DNA from: Chiloscyllium plagiosum | Lineage: Eukaryota | Length of the DNA stretch: 59,996 nt | NCBI RefSeq assembly: GCF_004010195.1 | Contig: NW_025215379.1 | Coordinates: 53,961-113,956 of the forward strand | Reading direction: 5' to 3' | Part shown: piece by piece, positions 35,047-48,499 of the stretch | Numbering within the stretch: the first letter of the stretch is position 1 | How the letters are laid out: every line of letters starts with the position of its first letter | Notes under the pieces: model-generated | Told to the model about the DNA's origin: nothing | Database searches by the model: none | Seen by the model: the letters and a program-made list of their open reading frames with translations, nothing else | Translations under genes and position numbers: made by a program

Positions 35047-35414
35047 GTAGATTATAAAATATCATGCAGAATCTCAAAGTTAGAAAAAATAAGGTAGTGA
35101 AATTGGCATTTACCATAAAATAATATTGATAAATTAAAAGCTGTTTGGGAAAATACAACACTTAAAATCCAATAAGTGATGCCTCAAGAACAGCATTTTT
35201 AAAAATCTATCTTTGAGTCCAAATGTTGCCACTGAATTTTAAAGCTAGTTTCTCAAGTGTTTTAATCCTAGTGCAAATCAGTAACAAAATTCAGGTAATT
35301 TAATTGTTAAATTCAAACAGAAATTTCCACATGGTTCTTTGAACAAAAAAACCTTCAATACATGAACATGGAAAGGTTGACTTTGATCTGCAAAAAGACT
35401 TAAAATATTTTTTT

Positions 35415-37760
35415 AAATTCATTCATGAGAATTGGGTGTTACTTGTTGGCCAACCTTGATTGCATGTCCCTAGTTGCCCTTAGTAATGGCGTTGAGAACT
35501 GATTTATTGAATTATTGCAGTTCATACCCTGAGGGAGGAATATTTAGGATTTTGACAACATTGAAGGAACGGCCATGTATTTCCACATAAGGATGGTGAG
35601 TGGTTTGAATACTTGCCGATCAAGCAGCTTGCTGTGTCTTGGAAGCTGTCAAGCTTCTTGAATATTGATGGAGCTGCATCCATGCAGGCAAGTGAACAGT
35701 ATTCCATCACACTCCTAACTTGTTGTGGACAGGCTTTAAGGAGACATGACAGGAATTACTCAAATAATATTCCCAGCCTCTGACGTGATTTTTGTAGCCA
35801 CCGTATTTATGACAACTCCAGCTGACTTTCCAGTCAATGGTAAAACCCTCTCCCAGGATATTGACAGTGGCCAATTCAGTGATGGTTACACCATTGAATG
35901 TTAAGGCACAATCCAACAATTGCCCCTTATTGGAGGTCATCACCTGCCAGTTGTAAACCCAAGCCTGGATATTGCCCAAGTTTTGTTGTATTTGAACATA
36001 GGCTCACCAGTATGAGGAGTCACAAATGGTGCTGAACATTGAGCAATCATTGGGGAACATTCCCACTTCTGATCATATGTTGAACTAAAGATTATGTATG
36101 AAGTAGCTGAAGACGACGACTGTGCCGGGGGCAGTACCTAAGGAATTCCTGCAGAGATGCTCTGGAGCTGTAATGGTTAATTCCAACAACCACAACCATT
36201 TTGCCAAGAAAGACTAATACTGGAGGAGAGTTTGCCCCCAATACTCCTTGATTCAAGTACTGTGAAAGCTCCTTGATGATGCCATACTTGGTCAAATGTG
36301 GCCTTGATGTAAAGTGCAATCACTCTCACTTCACCACATGTACTCATCACTTTGTCCATGTTTAGACTGAGGCTGTTTTGAGTTCAAGAGCTGACAGATC
36401 CTGGCAGAACTCGAACTGGGTATCAGTGAGCAGGTTATTGCTGAGCAGATGCTGCTTGGATAGCACTATTACACTTTCCATGTCTTATCTGATGATCAAA
36501 TGAGTAAGTGATTGGGGTGGATGTGTCCTGCTTTTTGTGTAAAGGATGCACCTGGGCAATTTTCTACATTAATAACTAGCCTCCAGTGTTGTAACTGTAC
36601 TGGAATAGTTGGCTCTGGGAGCTACAAGATTTGAAGCACAAGTCTTCAGCACAATTGCCAAATGATGTCTTTCGACCTTTAAGGCCTCCAACCCTTTCCT
36701 GATACAACGTGGAGTGAATCAAATTGGATGAAGACTGACATGTGATGCTGGAGACCACTGGAGAAGGCCAAGCTGAATGCCACTTTGCACTCCTGGCTAG
36801 AGACTGCTGTGAACACATCAGCCTTATCTTTTGCACTGATGTGATGGGATCTTCCATCATTGAGATGGGACATTTATGGAGTCTCTTCCTCTTTGTTTAA
36901 TTATCCACCACCATTTAGAATAGGATATCGCAGGACTACAGAATTAGATCTCATCTGCTGGTTGTGGGAGCACTTAGCTCTATTACCTGTTGCTTACACT
37001 GTTTCATATATACCAGTCCTGCATGATAGCTTCACCAGAATTACACCTCAATTTTAGGTATGCCAGCTGCTGCGCCTGGCATGCCCTCCTGGATGTTCCA
37101 TTGAACTGTGGTTGATCTGCTGATTTGATGGGAATGGTTGAGTGAGAGATATGCCAGGCCATGACATTGCTGATTGTGCTAGTATAATTCTGATGATGTC
37201 AGTGGCCCACAGCACTCCATGGATGCTGTCTTGAGTCACTCAATCTGTTCGAAATCTGTACTGTTTAACACTTTCTAATTTAGGTGATAGTACTACACAA
37301 AACAATGGAGGGTATTTTCAATGTGAAGGCAGCACATCATCTCCACAAGGAGTGTACGGTGGTCACTCTTACCAATACTGTCATGGACAGATGCATCTGC
37401 AACATTTTCCCCTCACCACCTGAAACAAACCCAGTATAGTAGCTACATCCTTTCATACCCAACAAGCTCAGTCTGGCTCAGCAGCAGCATGACTTTCTTT
37501 TTGGTGAACATTGAAATCCCCCACACAATCCACCCTTGCACCCTCAATACTTTCGAGGAATTGATGCCAGACATAGTGATCAATGCAACTGAGTGGTTTG
37601 CTATGCTATTTCAAAGGGCATTTCCGAGTCAACCACATTACTGTAGAAAAACCAGGTGAGGATGACAGATTTCCTTCCCTGAAGAATATTCATGAGTCAG
37701 ATAGGTTTTTCCAACAATTAATAACAGTTTCATATCATCAGCAGATTTGTTATTCCTGAT
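35415..37760 (-). mobile_element. Second, internally deleted copy of the tRNA-headed CR1/L2-group LINE (in the probable ZNF518 intron)
   Basis: 3' tail at ~35415-35480; RT ALYIKATFDQVWH (ORF 36177-36359); head blocks at ~37590-37740 match 1178-1381 in reverse complement. Confidence 0.7.
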
Positions 37761-37899
37761 ATTTTTATTGAAAGAGGAAAATTATTGGGAATGGGAATGT
37801 GATTGCAAATTTCCGTTCTTGTCATTAACATTTGGTCAACGGTCCTCCCATTGAATCCAGAAAATGTGCTTAAGGCATTGTTAGTGGAATTTCTTGTGC

Positions 37900-38470
37900 C
37901 CTTGTGTGTCACTAACACACAATCCAGGTATCACTACAGTGCAGGAGTATGGTGAAAACTACTGCTCTGCATACCTGTTAAGATTAAACTGGTACAGCTC
38001 AACCACTAGTGGACTCCTTTTGCAATGGCACGCCTTTGAGACTGATGGCCAAACAGCTATGCTAAGTGCTCGACATATTCCATAGCCTCCCCTTCAACAT
38101 GCGGGGAAGCCAGTATACTTGTTTGTTTGATCAGGTTTGGATGATACACATATCTTGTGTTGTCAATATTCAAAAAGATGTTGAGTCTCTTGTTTGCAGA
38201 ATTAAATAAATCGAAAGTGGCTTATAAATCTAGTGCAGTGGCATCCATCTGATCTACACTGCTTTTCCAGCCAACTGAATCAACAAGTCCCCAAGAATCT
38301 TAGTTGCTGTAGCCATGACTATGCCCAGTGATGGTTACAAGCTAACCAACATCCTTCCTGCTCACCCCATAGCATTGCAGACGTTTGGAAGGATTTACAA
38401 GTTACACTCAACCTGTTGGGCAACCAGATGATCACACCCTACTTGACCTTCAAGTTCTCTCAGTGAGACA
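37900..38470 (-). mobile_element. Heavily decayed RTE-like LINE fragment
   Basis: The reverse complement gives AVVFTILLHCSDT-like and RLNIFLNID-like remnants, similar to the RTE at 2075. Confidence 0.4.
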
Positions 38471-38480
38471 TTACTAAATG

Positions 38481-38756
38481 AGGGGTGGGGTGGGGAATGA
38501 GGAGGCTAAGATTAGGGGGTAGGGTGGAGGGGGGAAATGAGGAGGCTAAGATTAGGGGGTAGGGAGGAGAGAATGGGTGGGGCTGAGGCAAGGAGTTTTG
38601 GGGAAAGGGTTGGTGGTGTGAGGGGTTTGAAGCCTAATAGCGGGAAGAGGGTTGGGCGGTTGGGGAGGATGTGAAGGCGGTTGGGGGACAGCCAGGAGGA
38701 GGGTGCTGGGGAGCAGTTGAGGGGAGGGCAGTTGTAGGGGTGAAGGCGGGGGTGAG
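38481..38756 (+). repeat. G-rich low-complexity tract with a 40-bp-period duplication
   Basis: Many G3-G6 runs; aatgaggaggctaagattagggggtaggg at 38496-38524 and 38536-38564. Confidence 0.85.
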
Positions 38757-38759
38757 TTG

Positions 38760-39300
38760 TGAAGCTGACCCCGTGACCCCTCCCGACACCAACCGTCCGC
38801 TCTCGCGCCAACCGCCTTTTCGAAGACGGAGCTGAGAGCCGCGCGGGCTCAGGAAAAGATCGCGCGTTCGTCATTTTCCTGAAACAAAATATCACGGCGG
38901 CATCACCGACAACAACATCGGCTGGTGGGCCCGTATATCATTCCCTTTATGATAAAAACACAAGAGACTCTTCTTCAAATATAACGAGTCCTGCACCCTC
39001 AGATTCCGAAACCACTAATGAAAGAAAAGAGGAAAAACAACTTACAACTCGCTCAACATCGAGGAAAAGGGAAACTCCCTTCCTTTCATTGTCAAATTCC
39101 CTCAATGATGATTGTGAACGAAGAGTGCCCACCCCCCGTAATATTTAGCCGTAGCACTAGCTACGCCGACGGCGGCTCACTGGCAATTATGTCTTGTATC
39201 CCGCCGCGGGCCACTGCGATTGGCTGCCCGCCCGAGTATAGAAATCTACTGTGAGCGGCGGCGCGCTGAGTGCTGCAAGTGTATCGTGTTCACGTGGGAG
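38760..39300. promoter_or_regulatory. CpG-rich promoter region, probable proximal ZNF518 promoter, possibly bidirectional
   Basis: High CpG density against a CpG-depleted background; E2F-like TTGGCGCG (minus, ~38804-38811), ATTGG 39219-39223, GC box CCCGCCC 39227-39233, TATAGAAA 39237-39244, CACGTG 39291-39296. Confidence 0.65.
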
Positions 39301-39932
39301 CATAAGAGAAAGAGGCTGGCGAATGGAGCTTTGCAATTTATACAAAGCAATGCTATTTTATAAAAAAAACTGTTCACAAACCTAATCTGAATGCAACCCC
39401 GATCACCAAACTCTGGTTTGAGTCCTATTACAAAAGTTAAAGTATTCCTCTTCGTTTTCGACAATCCCAGTTCTAAAAATTTGCAATCGCTGAAGTTTAT
39501 CCTTTCGGCAAATGCCCCGAAACTACGCAAAAAGATGCAATCTGCTTTTTCACCCCTGCGCACATCGTTTTGAACTCATAAAATGAGAAACGCCGCGGTG
39601 AACGAGTTTTGCTCTTCCACACGATCCGTTTCCAACTACCAATGTTTTCACGAGAAAATTCTGTGTCTTTAAAAGAAAATGTACATCTCAAAAAATGTCA
39701 TCGCCTGTTTATGCTGACGGTTGAGTAACTTGAAATGTTTTCCAATTAAAAATAAGTGCAACCTATCTTCGTTCATAGTTAAATGTCTTCACCATTCTCA
39801 GATTCGACTTTTTCAAATCGTATTCTGACTGGATGAGAGCTGGAGGTGAAAAAAAATCAAAGTACAGGTCGCCTGATCTTCTGACCAAAATTGGTTGCTG
39901 AAATTGCCAAAGAAAATTTTCATTCGTGATTT

Positions 39933-40033
39933 CGGTGATGTGGATGTGCCGGTGTTGGACTGGTTTGGACAAGCTTAAAAATCATGCGACACTTGGTTAT
40001 AGTCCAACATGGACTATTACCTGGTGTCGTGTG
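39933..40033. mobile_element. Tiny fold-back Penelope-derived insertion with 11-bp TSD
   Basis: Tail plus short inverted arms of the 12624 family; TSD ATTCGTGATTT at 39922-39932 and 40034-40044. Confidence 0.7.
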
Positions 40034-40594
40034 ATTCGTGATTTTCAGAGCCTTCTTGCGGAAATGTAGGATGGGCTGGAAACCTCGTCCTCATAAACTG
40101 ATATTTCCAGAATTCTTGCCGTGTAAACCATGCTGAGTATTAAGCAGGATACAGAGGAAAAGCAGACCTTTAGTAACTGGCCAAATGGGTCATTACGATT
40201 TTTCTCATTAATTTAATACACCCAAGACCTGCATTTTTTAAAAAAACGATAACCCAGGCTTAATAATAAGAATGAAAAGGCTATGTGTTCCAACTCAAGG
40301 ATGATGGTAATGTAGAAGACCTTGAAGCTCATTAATGTCTTTTTCAAGACTTGAACCGAAACACGAGCCTCGCGATTTTCAGAAGCCAAGTAACGCAATG
40401 TCAAGGTAGGATTTTACAATATTTTCGATGATTGTTTAGTCAACTGATTGTTTCATTTATGAAAGCTCTTATTGAAATCCGTTGGGTATCATTGTAAGAG
40501 AAAGTTCATTGAGAGTCTAGTGACGTAAGTAGTCAAGTTCATCTCTCACTTCAGGCTTCCAGCAGCGGTTGATAGTATCCCAGTTCGATACGGA

Positions 40595-40730
40595 ACTGAA
40601 GGGTGACTTGACCCGAAACGTTAACTGTGCTTTCTCTCCACGGATGTCGTCAGACTTGCTGAGTTTTTCCAGCAATTTATGTTTTTGTTTCTGATTTCCA
40701 ATTCTGCCGGATTTGTTTTTGTTTTCTGAG
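40595..40730 (+). mobile_element. Penelope-like terminal fragment with damaged hammerhead
   Basis: ctgaagggtgacttgacccgaaacgttaactgtgc...cagacttgctgagtttttccagc; the core lacks part of CUGAAGA. Confidence 0.6.
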
Positions 40731-41184
40731 TTAGACAACAAGCTAAACATATTCAACGTTAGCAGAAGGCTACGATTTTTTGTTTTGGATTAACTCGAAT
40801 GTTGCATCACTGCTGGATGTCTTGGTGCTATTTGGAGGTGAAATCAAAAATATTTCCATTTAATTACGATGGGTTCAACATGAATAAAATTAATGAATTT
40901 TGATTAGCTGTGGTGGGCGGGAATCTTTTTCAGACGATTATGAAATGCACCATTTGACGCAATAATCGTGTCAACATTTCATCTTGAAGGAAAGATGAAT
41001 TAAGATTCATATGGTCAGGATTGCTGTTCAGAGGATAATAAACAATATTGATTGTTTAGCCTAAACAGCTTAGTTACATAGTATAATTCTAATAATTTAA
41101 AACTAAAGCACCAGATTTGCATTTTGCAATACTCAAGATAATTAGAATTAATTAAAATGTTTCTTTGAAAGATATAATAGCATT

Positions 41185-42050
41185 TTCAGGTCAACCATCT
41201 TCAGCTGCTTCAGATATTTGCTGGTAATAGCAGTATATTCAGCACTATCCATCATTTCTCAGTTACTGAAGCAGTATGTGTCCATATACAGCAACACATG
41301 GTCAACTTCCAGGGTTGAACTACTAAGCAGCAAGTAATATTCATTTCACATTATGCCAGGAAATTCCTCTTTCCATCAAGACAGAATCTAACCAACTCCC
41401 TTTGACATTCAATAGTATTACCAACACTTTCAATATCCTGAGTGTTACAATTAACACGAAACTGAACTGGGCCAATTTTATACTTTGGCTACAACAGCAC
41501 ATCAGTGACTATGAATACAATGATGAGTAACACCATCTGTCTCAATCATTTACAGACACACGTCATGAGTGTCATGGATTACTCACCACTTGCCTGGATG
41601 GGTGCAGCTCCTAACAACACTCAATATGTTTGGCATCATCCAATCTGTTTGATTGGCATCAGCTTCAACATTGCAACAATCACTTCCACCATCACCAATG
41701 CACAATGGCAGCAGAATGTACCATCTACAAGACACATTGCAGAAATTCTTCAAGTATCTTTGGACAACAGCTTCCAGACTCATGATGTCTACCAACTGGG
41801 AAGACACATGCAGTCCAATGCCTGGGAAAACCACCAACTGTAAATTCCTCTCAAAGTCTGATACCATTTGACTTGGAACCATTCTGCTGTTCCTTCATTG
41901 TTGCTGAGTCAGAATCCTGGAATTTCTTTCCTAACAGCACTGTTGGTGTCCTTATCCCACAAGGACTGCAACAGCTTAAGACGACACCTTTTCTAGAATA
42001 ACTAAAAATGGACAATAAATGCTGCCTAGCCAGCAAAGCCACAATCCATA
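41185..42050 (+). mobile_element. 3' fragment of the CR1/L2-group LINE
   Basis: HVMSVMDYSPLAWMGAAP (ORF 41505-41843); tail gacaataaatgctgcctagccagc. Confidence 0.7.
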
Positions 42051-43425
42051 AAACAATTAAAAAAAAAACAAATTTTGTAAATTGCATCAATATTAGAAAG
42101 CAAATTCACAAGGATTAAAATCAAGGAAATATTTAAAATTTAGTATTGTAACATTTAATTGTTTTTGATAACAATAAATATTGTTATTTTGATTACTGTG
42201 AATTGGATTTCCTTGAACTCAAATTCATATTGATCTCAATAGCAATTACAATGCAAAAATAATCCAGTAAGCATTGTAAACGGTGAGGACGAAAGCGTAA
42301 AGCTTCAGAATAATATTGAATGGTAGTGGAATGGACTTACAGGATGTATATTAAAGATGACAGGATGGGTTAAGGGAACAGTTAATAATAAACAGAATTT
42401 ATTAATAGGAATATAGAGACAAGAACAAGGAGGTTATGTTGAACTTTTATAAAATACTTGTTCTGCCTCAAACTGGATCATAATCTGGCTTGCACTGAGA
42501 AGGGACAAGAAATATTCACACCATATAAGTGTGACCCAATTATCTCCAACAAGAGTGAATGTAACCATTGCCCCTTGACATTCAATGGCATTACCAACAC
42601 AGAATCCCCCAATAACAACATCCTGAGAAAAATCTGTTTCAGCTGCTCACAAAGATCAATGAAGAGAAGGCACAGAGTGGAAATTGGACTGCTGGAAAAT
42701 GGGGCTGGAGAAGTAGTAACAGGGCACCAAAAAAGAGGCACAGAAAATGGTCACTTTGCATCAGTCCTCACAGGGGAAGATTCCAGCAGCATACTAGAAC
42801 TTCAAGAGAGTCAGAGGGTAGAAGTGAGTGTAGTTGTCATCATTAGGGAGAAGGTGCTGGGGAAGCTGAAAGGTCTGGAGGTGGATAATTCACACGGACC
42901 AGATGGACGACTCACCAGATGACTGAAGGAGATAGCTGAGGAGATTATAGAGGCATTGATGGTGATGTTCAGGAATCATTGAACTCAAGGACGGTCCAAG
43001 AGGACTGGAAAATGGTTCATGTAACATCCTGTTGAAGAAGAGGTGGAGGTGGAAAACAGGAAACTATAGGCAAGTTAGCCTGACATTGGTTAGTGGTAAG
43101 ATTTTAGGGTCCATTATTAAGGATGAGCTTGCAGAGCACTTGGAAGTGCATGGCAAAATTTGACTGTCAGCATGGCTTTGTTAAGGGGAGGTCATATCTG
43201 ACAAATCTGTTAGAATTCTTTGAGCAAGTTAAACAAAGGAGAACCAGTTGACACAATTAATTTGGATTTCCAGAAGGCTTTTGACAAGGAGCCACACAGG
43301 AGGCTGCCAAATAAGATGTATTGCGGCAAGGTACTGGCATGGATAGAGAATTGGCTGACAGGCAAAGAGTGGGGAAAATGAAGTCTTTTTCAGGATGGCA
43401 GCCAGTGACTGGTGGAGATCCACAA

Positions 43426-44012
43426 GCTGTCCACTGCAGTGGCCGGTATATGGGGTCCAGGTCGATGTGTTTGTTGATAGAATCTGTGGATCAATGCCAT
43501 GCCTCTAGGAATTCCCTGGCTGTTCTCTGTTTGGCTTGTCCTATAATAGTAGTGTTGTCCCAGTCAAACTCATGTTGGTTGTCATCTGCGTGTGTAGCTA
43601 CTAAGGATAGCTGGTCGTGTCGTTTCGTGGCTAGTTGGTGTTCATGGATACGGATCGTTAGCTGTCTTCCTGTTTGTCCTATGTAATATTTTGTGCAGTC
43701 CTTGCATGGGATTTTGAACACTACGATGGTTTTGCTCATGCTGGGTATCGGGTCCTTTGTCCTGGTGAGTTGTTGTCTGAGCTGGACCCAATATACCGGC
43801 CACTGCAGCGGACAGCTGCAACTGACAACCGGAAGCGGCAGAGACAAACCACTATAAATGCCGGAGGAAACATCGCAGAAGCGCTTCACAGGAGGCTCCC
43901 AAGCACTGAGGGTGTCACCTAGACAGGGGACGAAACGTCTGCAACACAAATTTCCAGTTCGGCGAACAGAACCACTACAACGAGCACCCGAGCTACAAAT
44001 CGTCTCACAAAC
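43426..44012. mobile_element. Penelope-like element with internal inversion (GIY-YIG on minus, hammerhead terminus on plus)
   Basis: Minus strand reads VVFKIPCKDCTKYYIGQTGRQLTIRIHEH...REFLEAWH; inverted repeat 43426-43460 / 43782-43816; plus-strand hammerhead at 43906-43939. Confidence 0.85.
43903..43942 (+). ncRNA. Type I hammerhead motif with longer stem II (one core substitution)
   Basis: GCA CUGAGGG U GUC-A-CCU-AGAC-AGG-G-GAC GAAAC GUC UGC; stem I GCA/UGC; A9 is G in this copy. Confidence 0.55.
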
Positions 44013-46666
44013 TTTGTTCATAATAATCATTAATAATCCAGATGAAAGAATTGATGGCATTTTTGCTAAGTTTGCAGATGACACAATGATAACTGGAAGG
44101 ACAGGTAGTGTTGGGGAAGCAGGGAAGCTCTTGGACAGGCTAGTAGACGGGACAAAGTGGCAGAAGGAATACAATGTGGGAAAGTGTGAGGTTATGCACA
44201 TTGGTAGGATGAAGAGGTATTGATTTTTTTTTAAAACCGGGAAATGCTTCAGAAATCTGAAGTACAAAGGGACTTAGGAGTTGGAAAACGTTGGGTTTAC
44301 AACACCCAATAATTAAGGGAATGTGTAGACTTTCATCTCAACATCCTGACATACATGAGCATTATCATTCCTAACACAATTTGAAGATGGCATGAAAAGC
44401 ACTAAATTAAGTCTTCTGGAAATTAATCACGACAGAAGCTTCATTTTAGGTGTTAACTAAAATATACATCGTCAATATACTAGTGACCATGAAAAACCTG
44501 AATGAGATATGAATGGTCACTCATCTGCATTTATTCTATATATCTGGTATTGTGTTTTCATCAAGGATTAATGTGTTTGACCGAGTTTCTGGATTAAATC
44601 AGTGCAATGCTCCTTTCACCTTTAGTTCTGATTACAGATGTGAAATCTGGGATGAAATTAATGTTATTGGCATAATAAATTGGACGCATTATAAAATTTA
44701 TCAGAGATTATTTTATATTAAGGTTCTAATTTTTACAAAGCTGTATAAGAAATGGATTCTAAAGATGCAGATTGACTATCTTTTTTTAAGCATTGATTAC
44801 CTATCATGTGTAACATAGATATTTGAATGTCTTATACTGGAAAGGAGTTGAGAAAATAATAGTGTGGTTTGGGATGATTTCCATTTTAAATCCATTAAAG
44901 TGTTGCAATTTCCTCCTAAAATAATAAGTTTAGACCTTCCTTTAATCAGTCATTCAGGCAAAAGGTCCACTATCTTTTCAGGGTATACGTAATAAAAATG
45001 TCTCACCCATGAGTATTAAGTCAGCTACAAGGCCTAAACAGACCTCAAAGCCTAAGCTAACCCAAGAATACATAAAATTTTATTTTAGATATTAGCCCCT
45101 TTGCTCAAATAAGAATAGTGTTCTGATATGTAATAACTTATTATTTTCTATATTGTGAAGCTTTAATTTATGCCTGAAAAGAGACCTCTAAATTAAGTAT
45201 AAAATGTTAATAGATATTCCAAAACAAAATAAAGAATAAAATCTTAGTGTGTCTTTGGGCTCTACAGTCACCACAAAAGAGCATTAAATGTCAACTTTGC
45301 TGGTGGTGCCCACATTAAGAATTTTGTTTTGAAACAGAGGAAAATATTTATCACTCATTGAAAATTGAAAATACTTTGGTAGTCTTGATAATCATTAAAA
45401 ATAAATATAATCATGCCAGAAAAGCATAACTAGGCTATATATGTTTTAATTACTGACCAAATGATGTATTGCAATGCACGCTAAAGTAGCATTTTACAGT
45501 AATTTGTATTCCTTTTTATAGCACAGAAATTTGCTGTACTACTGGTGAAAGTTTATGGTTTACTCATATCTGCTGCACCCTCTTCTTGGCAAAATTAAGT
45601 CAGCAGCAGGGAGCTATTTGCAAGCCTCTGCCTGTTATTAATTCAATAGCAATTCAAATAATTATCTTTTGGATAGGATGACTGCTGACTGCTGATATCA
45701 ACCTTAATTTTCCTATGTATTGTTACAAGTATAGCAAGCAGTTCAAGTGTCTGCATTGCTTACCATGGGGCCAGGCAAAATTTAAAATGCATATTTAAGT
45801 TGCTTCTCCTAATAGATCACAGGATTCTGATTTAGGATTTATCATACAATGCAACAAAAACACAAACACAGTCCTTTTCAAATCATCAAAGTCCCAAATA
45901 AGCACAGATAGGACATAAGAATTTGAGAGTTAGATTGATGTAATTGGTCATACCTCACTGACCCAAACCGTGAACAAATGTAAAATCTACTCTCCCATTC
46001 AGCTGGCAACAGTATAGCTACATACCCATATCAGAACTGTTCTGTGTGCAGAGTGAAATTGCACTTACAGTTATCTGGACAGGTTCAAGAGCAGTTTGGA
46101 TTTAAACTAGCTTCTGTTGCTTAAATGCTATAGAAGATTCTTATTTGGCCAGGTTATCTTCAACACAACATAGCAGATCAGGACAGATCAGTTGCTAATT
46201 TTGAAATGTAAAGTGATGATAATTACATTAACCTATGAAGGGACTCTGAATGGAATTATATTGAGGGAGTTATAACCCTGCCTGGATGAGTGTCTGTGAG
46301 AGTCACTGAGTTTCAAACTTTGATGTCCCTTTGCATAATCAGTAGTGGTACTTTGATAAAGTTCACCTTTCATTAAAGAGGCAATTAAAAATTGCTGTAG
46401 AAGTAGTAAAATACATCATTGTGCTTGGTAATGTCAAATGTAGACACAAGCCTGCAGATAACTGTAACTTACTCATTTTCAAAGTATTTGTAAGACATTT
46501 GACCTGCTTTTATGTCCATTATATTTTAATTTATTTCTATAAATGTTCTGGCCATAATGTTTGTTTCAAAGGATATAAAATAAGTGTACTGAAATTTAAT
46601 ATTTCAGATTGTTAACTCTGAAATTCAATCACTGTTTCTTTCACAGTAACAAGTCAGTTTCAATTG

Positions 46667-47025
46667 TAGTTGAAAATGTGTTGCTGGAAAAGTGCAGCAG
46701 GTCAGGCAGCATCCAAGGAGCAGGAGAATCGATATTTCGAGCATGAGCCCTTCTTCAGGAATGAGAGTGTGCCAAGCAGGCCAAGATAAAAGGTAGGGAG
46801 GAGGGACTTGGGGGAGGGGCGTTGGAAATGCGTATGGTCTGGCGATGGAGGGGTCCAAGGACCTGCATGTCCTTGGTGGAGTGGGAGGGGGAGTTGAAGT
46901 GTTGAGCCACTTGGGTAGTTGGGTTGGTTGGTCCAGATGTCCCAGAGGTGTTCTCTGAAACGTTCCGCAAGTAGGTGGCCTGTCTCCCCAGTATAGAGGA
47001 GGCCACATCGGGTGCAGCGGATGAG
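46667..47025 (-). mobile_element. Penelope-like fragment with hammerhead motif at 46731-46758
   Basis: VAQHFNSPSHSTKDMQVLG; the minus strand reads CUGAAGA A GGGC UCAU GCUC GAAA UAUC. Confidence 0.8.
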
Positions 47026-48499
47026 TAGTCTCTGGCTCAGCTAAAAATTAGAATTTACACCAAGATATTTAGAGTTGTTTCTCTCAATCACGTATTAACC
47101 CAAAACCATTTTTTTCTTGGAGGAAATAGTAAAGTGGCGTTTTTTCATATTGTTCTTGAAGTTAGCAGAAAAACAGTTTTCTAACTTTACATAAGTTATA
47201 GTGAGTGCTTCCCCCTCGAACAACATAACTAAAATCTTAACCATCAATTTAATGGCTATGCTCCTGTTACATAATAATTTTGAATATGCACATCCAGTAG
47301 ACAAGGCACACCTTAATCATCAAAAATATTATTCAGGCTTCCTGAATCCTAGACCAATAATATGACAAATGCAAAGTGAGAATGAGAATAAGAAACAAAA
47401 GATTACAGTTGAACTCTGTACAAAAATCATGTTTAGACACTGGAAATTAGACTGTTAAAGCATACAAGTTATGTACCTATCTTTTTCCCTCAAAAAGCCT
47501 AATTTTCCTCCCCAGTCATAATTTTAAACATTAGGTTTTTGCATGAATTGTTCTTTTTGAAACCTGCACATATAAGATGGATAATAGTCTGGTATAGTGC
47601 AGGGCCCTGGCATTCTGTTTGCTGAATTCCTGTCCAACCATTTCATCCATTTCCAAAACCAAATTCCTTCACCGATGAAATCCTCCTTGTTCTCTTCCAA
47701 CTCTCCCAACTCTACCAAAACCCTAGTCCAAGCACTTACCAAATTGAGGCCCTAGCTCTCCAAGAAAGTAATAACATATGCCACAGCCGACTTCCTCATC
47801 TACATATTCTCATTTCTATTTTTCATACATTTCACTGACATTTTTATATCCCAATAAATATTTTAAGGTCAAATGACCTGCTTTCTAAACTTTTTCTATG
47901 CTAACAAAACAGCCTCCTTTAATCATATATTTTCTTTCCTGTTTCTTTTAGTTCCATCAGCAGCTTATTTCTCATTCTCTACTTTCTTTTCTGCACCACA
48001 AAGCACTGTTAACAACATCTTCAAATCTGTGACCCCTGCCATCTAGCACCAAGGGCAGCAGATAAATGCATACAACACCACCTGTAAGTTCTCCTCCAAG
48101 TCACAAACAATTCTGAATTGGAACAGAATTGCTGTTTTTTCATGATTACTGCATAAGAATCCTGGCACTGTCTCCCTAACAGTACTATGGGTGTCCCTAC
48201 ACCGCATGCACTGCAGCAGTTGAAGAAAGCAGCTTACTGCCACATTCTAAAGGGTAATTAGCTATAGGCAAAAAATGCTGACCCCAATGTTGCCCACATC
48301 TCATGATTGAAAGTAAAATTCCTCCCCTTGAAACCAATTCTTTGCAAACTTTTTAAAAATATATATATTTTAAAATATTTTTAATAATATTTTAATCTTC
48401 TGTTCTTCCAGGAATGCTGTTGAAAAAAAAATCAGTATTTTGGCGTTCTGCTTAGAACTCTTGATCCATTAAGAAATTTCTGAAACTCATGAACGAATA

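Larger units (their letters stand above)
42630..44282 (+). mobile_element. CR1 LINE RT fragment interrupted by a Penelope element
   Basis: NSHGPDG, NYRQVSLT, QHGFVKGRS, LDFQKAFDK; resumes after ~44012 with KFADDT and KCEVMHIG. Confidence 0.8.

Noticed and set aside
38512..38895. Proline-rich 127-aa ORF
   Set aside because: By-product of the C-rich strand of a low-complexity tract.
43491..44267. 258-aa ORF ending in a GIY-YIG domain as a novel fusion protein
   Set aside because: Chance read-through of antisense CR1 and inverted PLE terminus into the endonuclease fragment.
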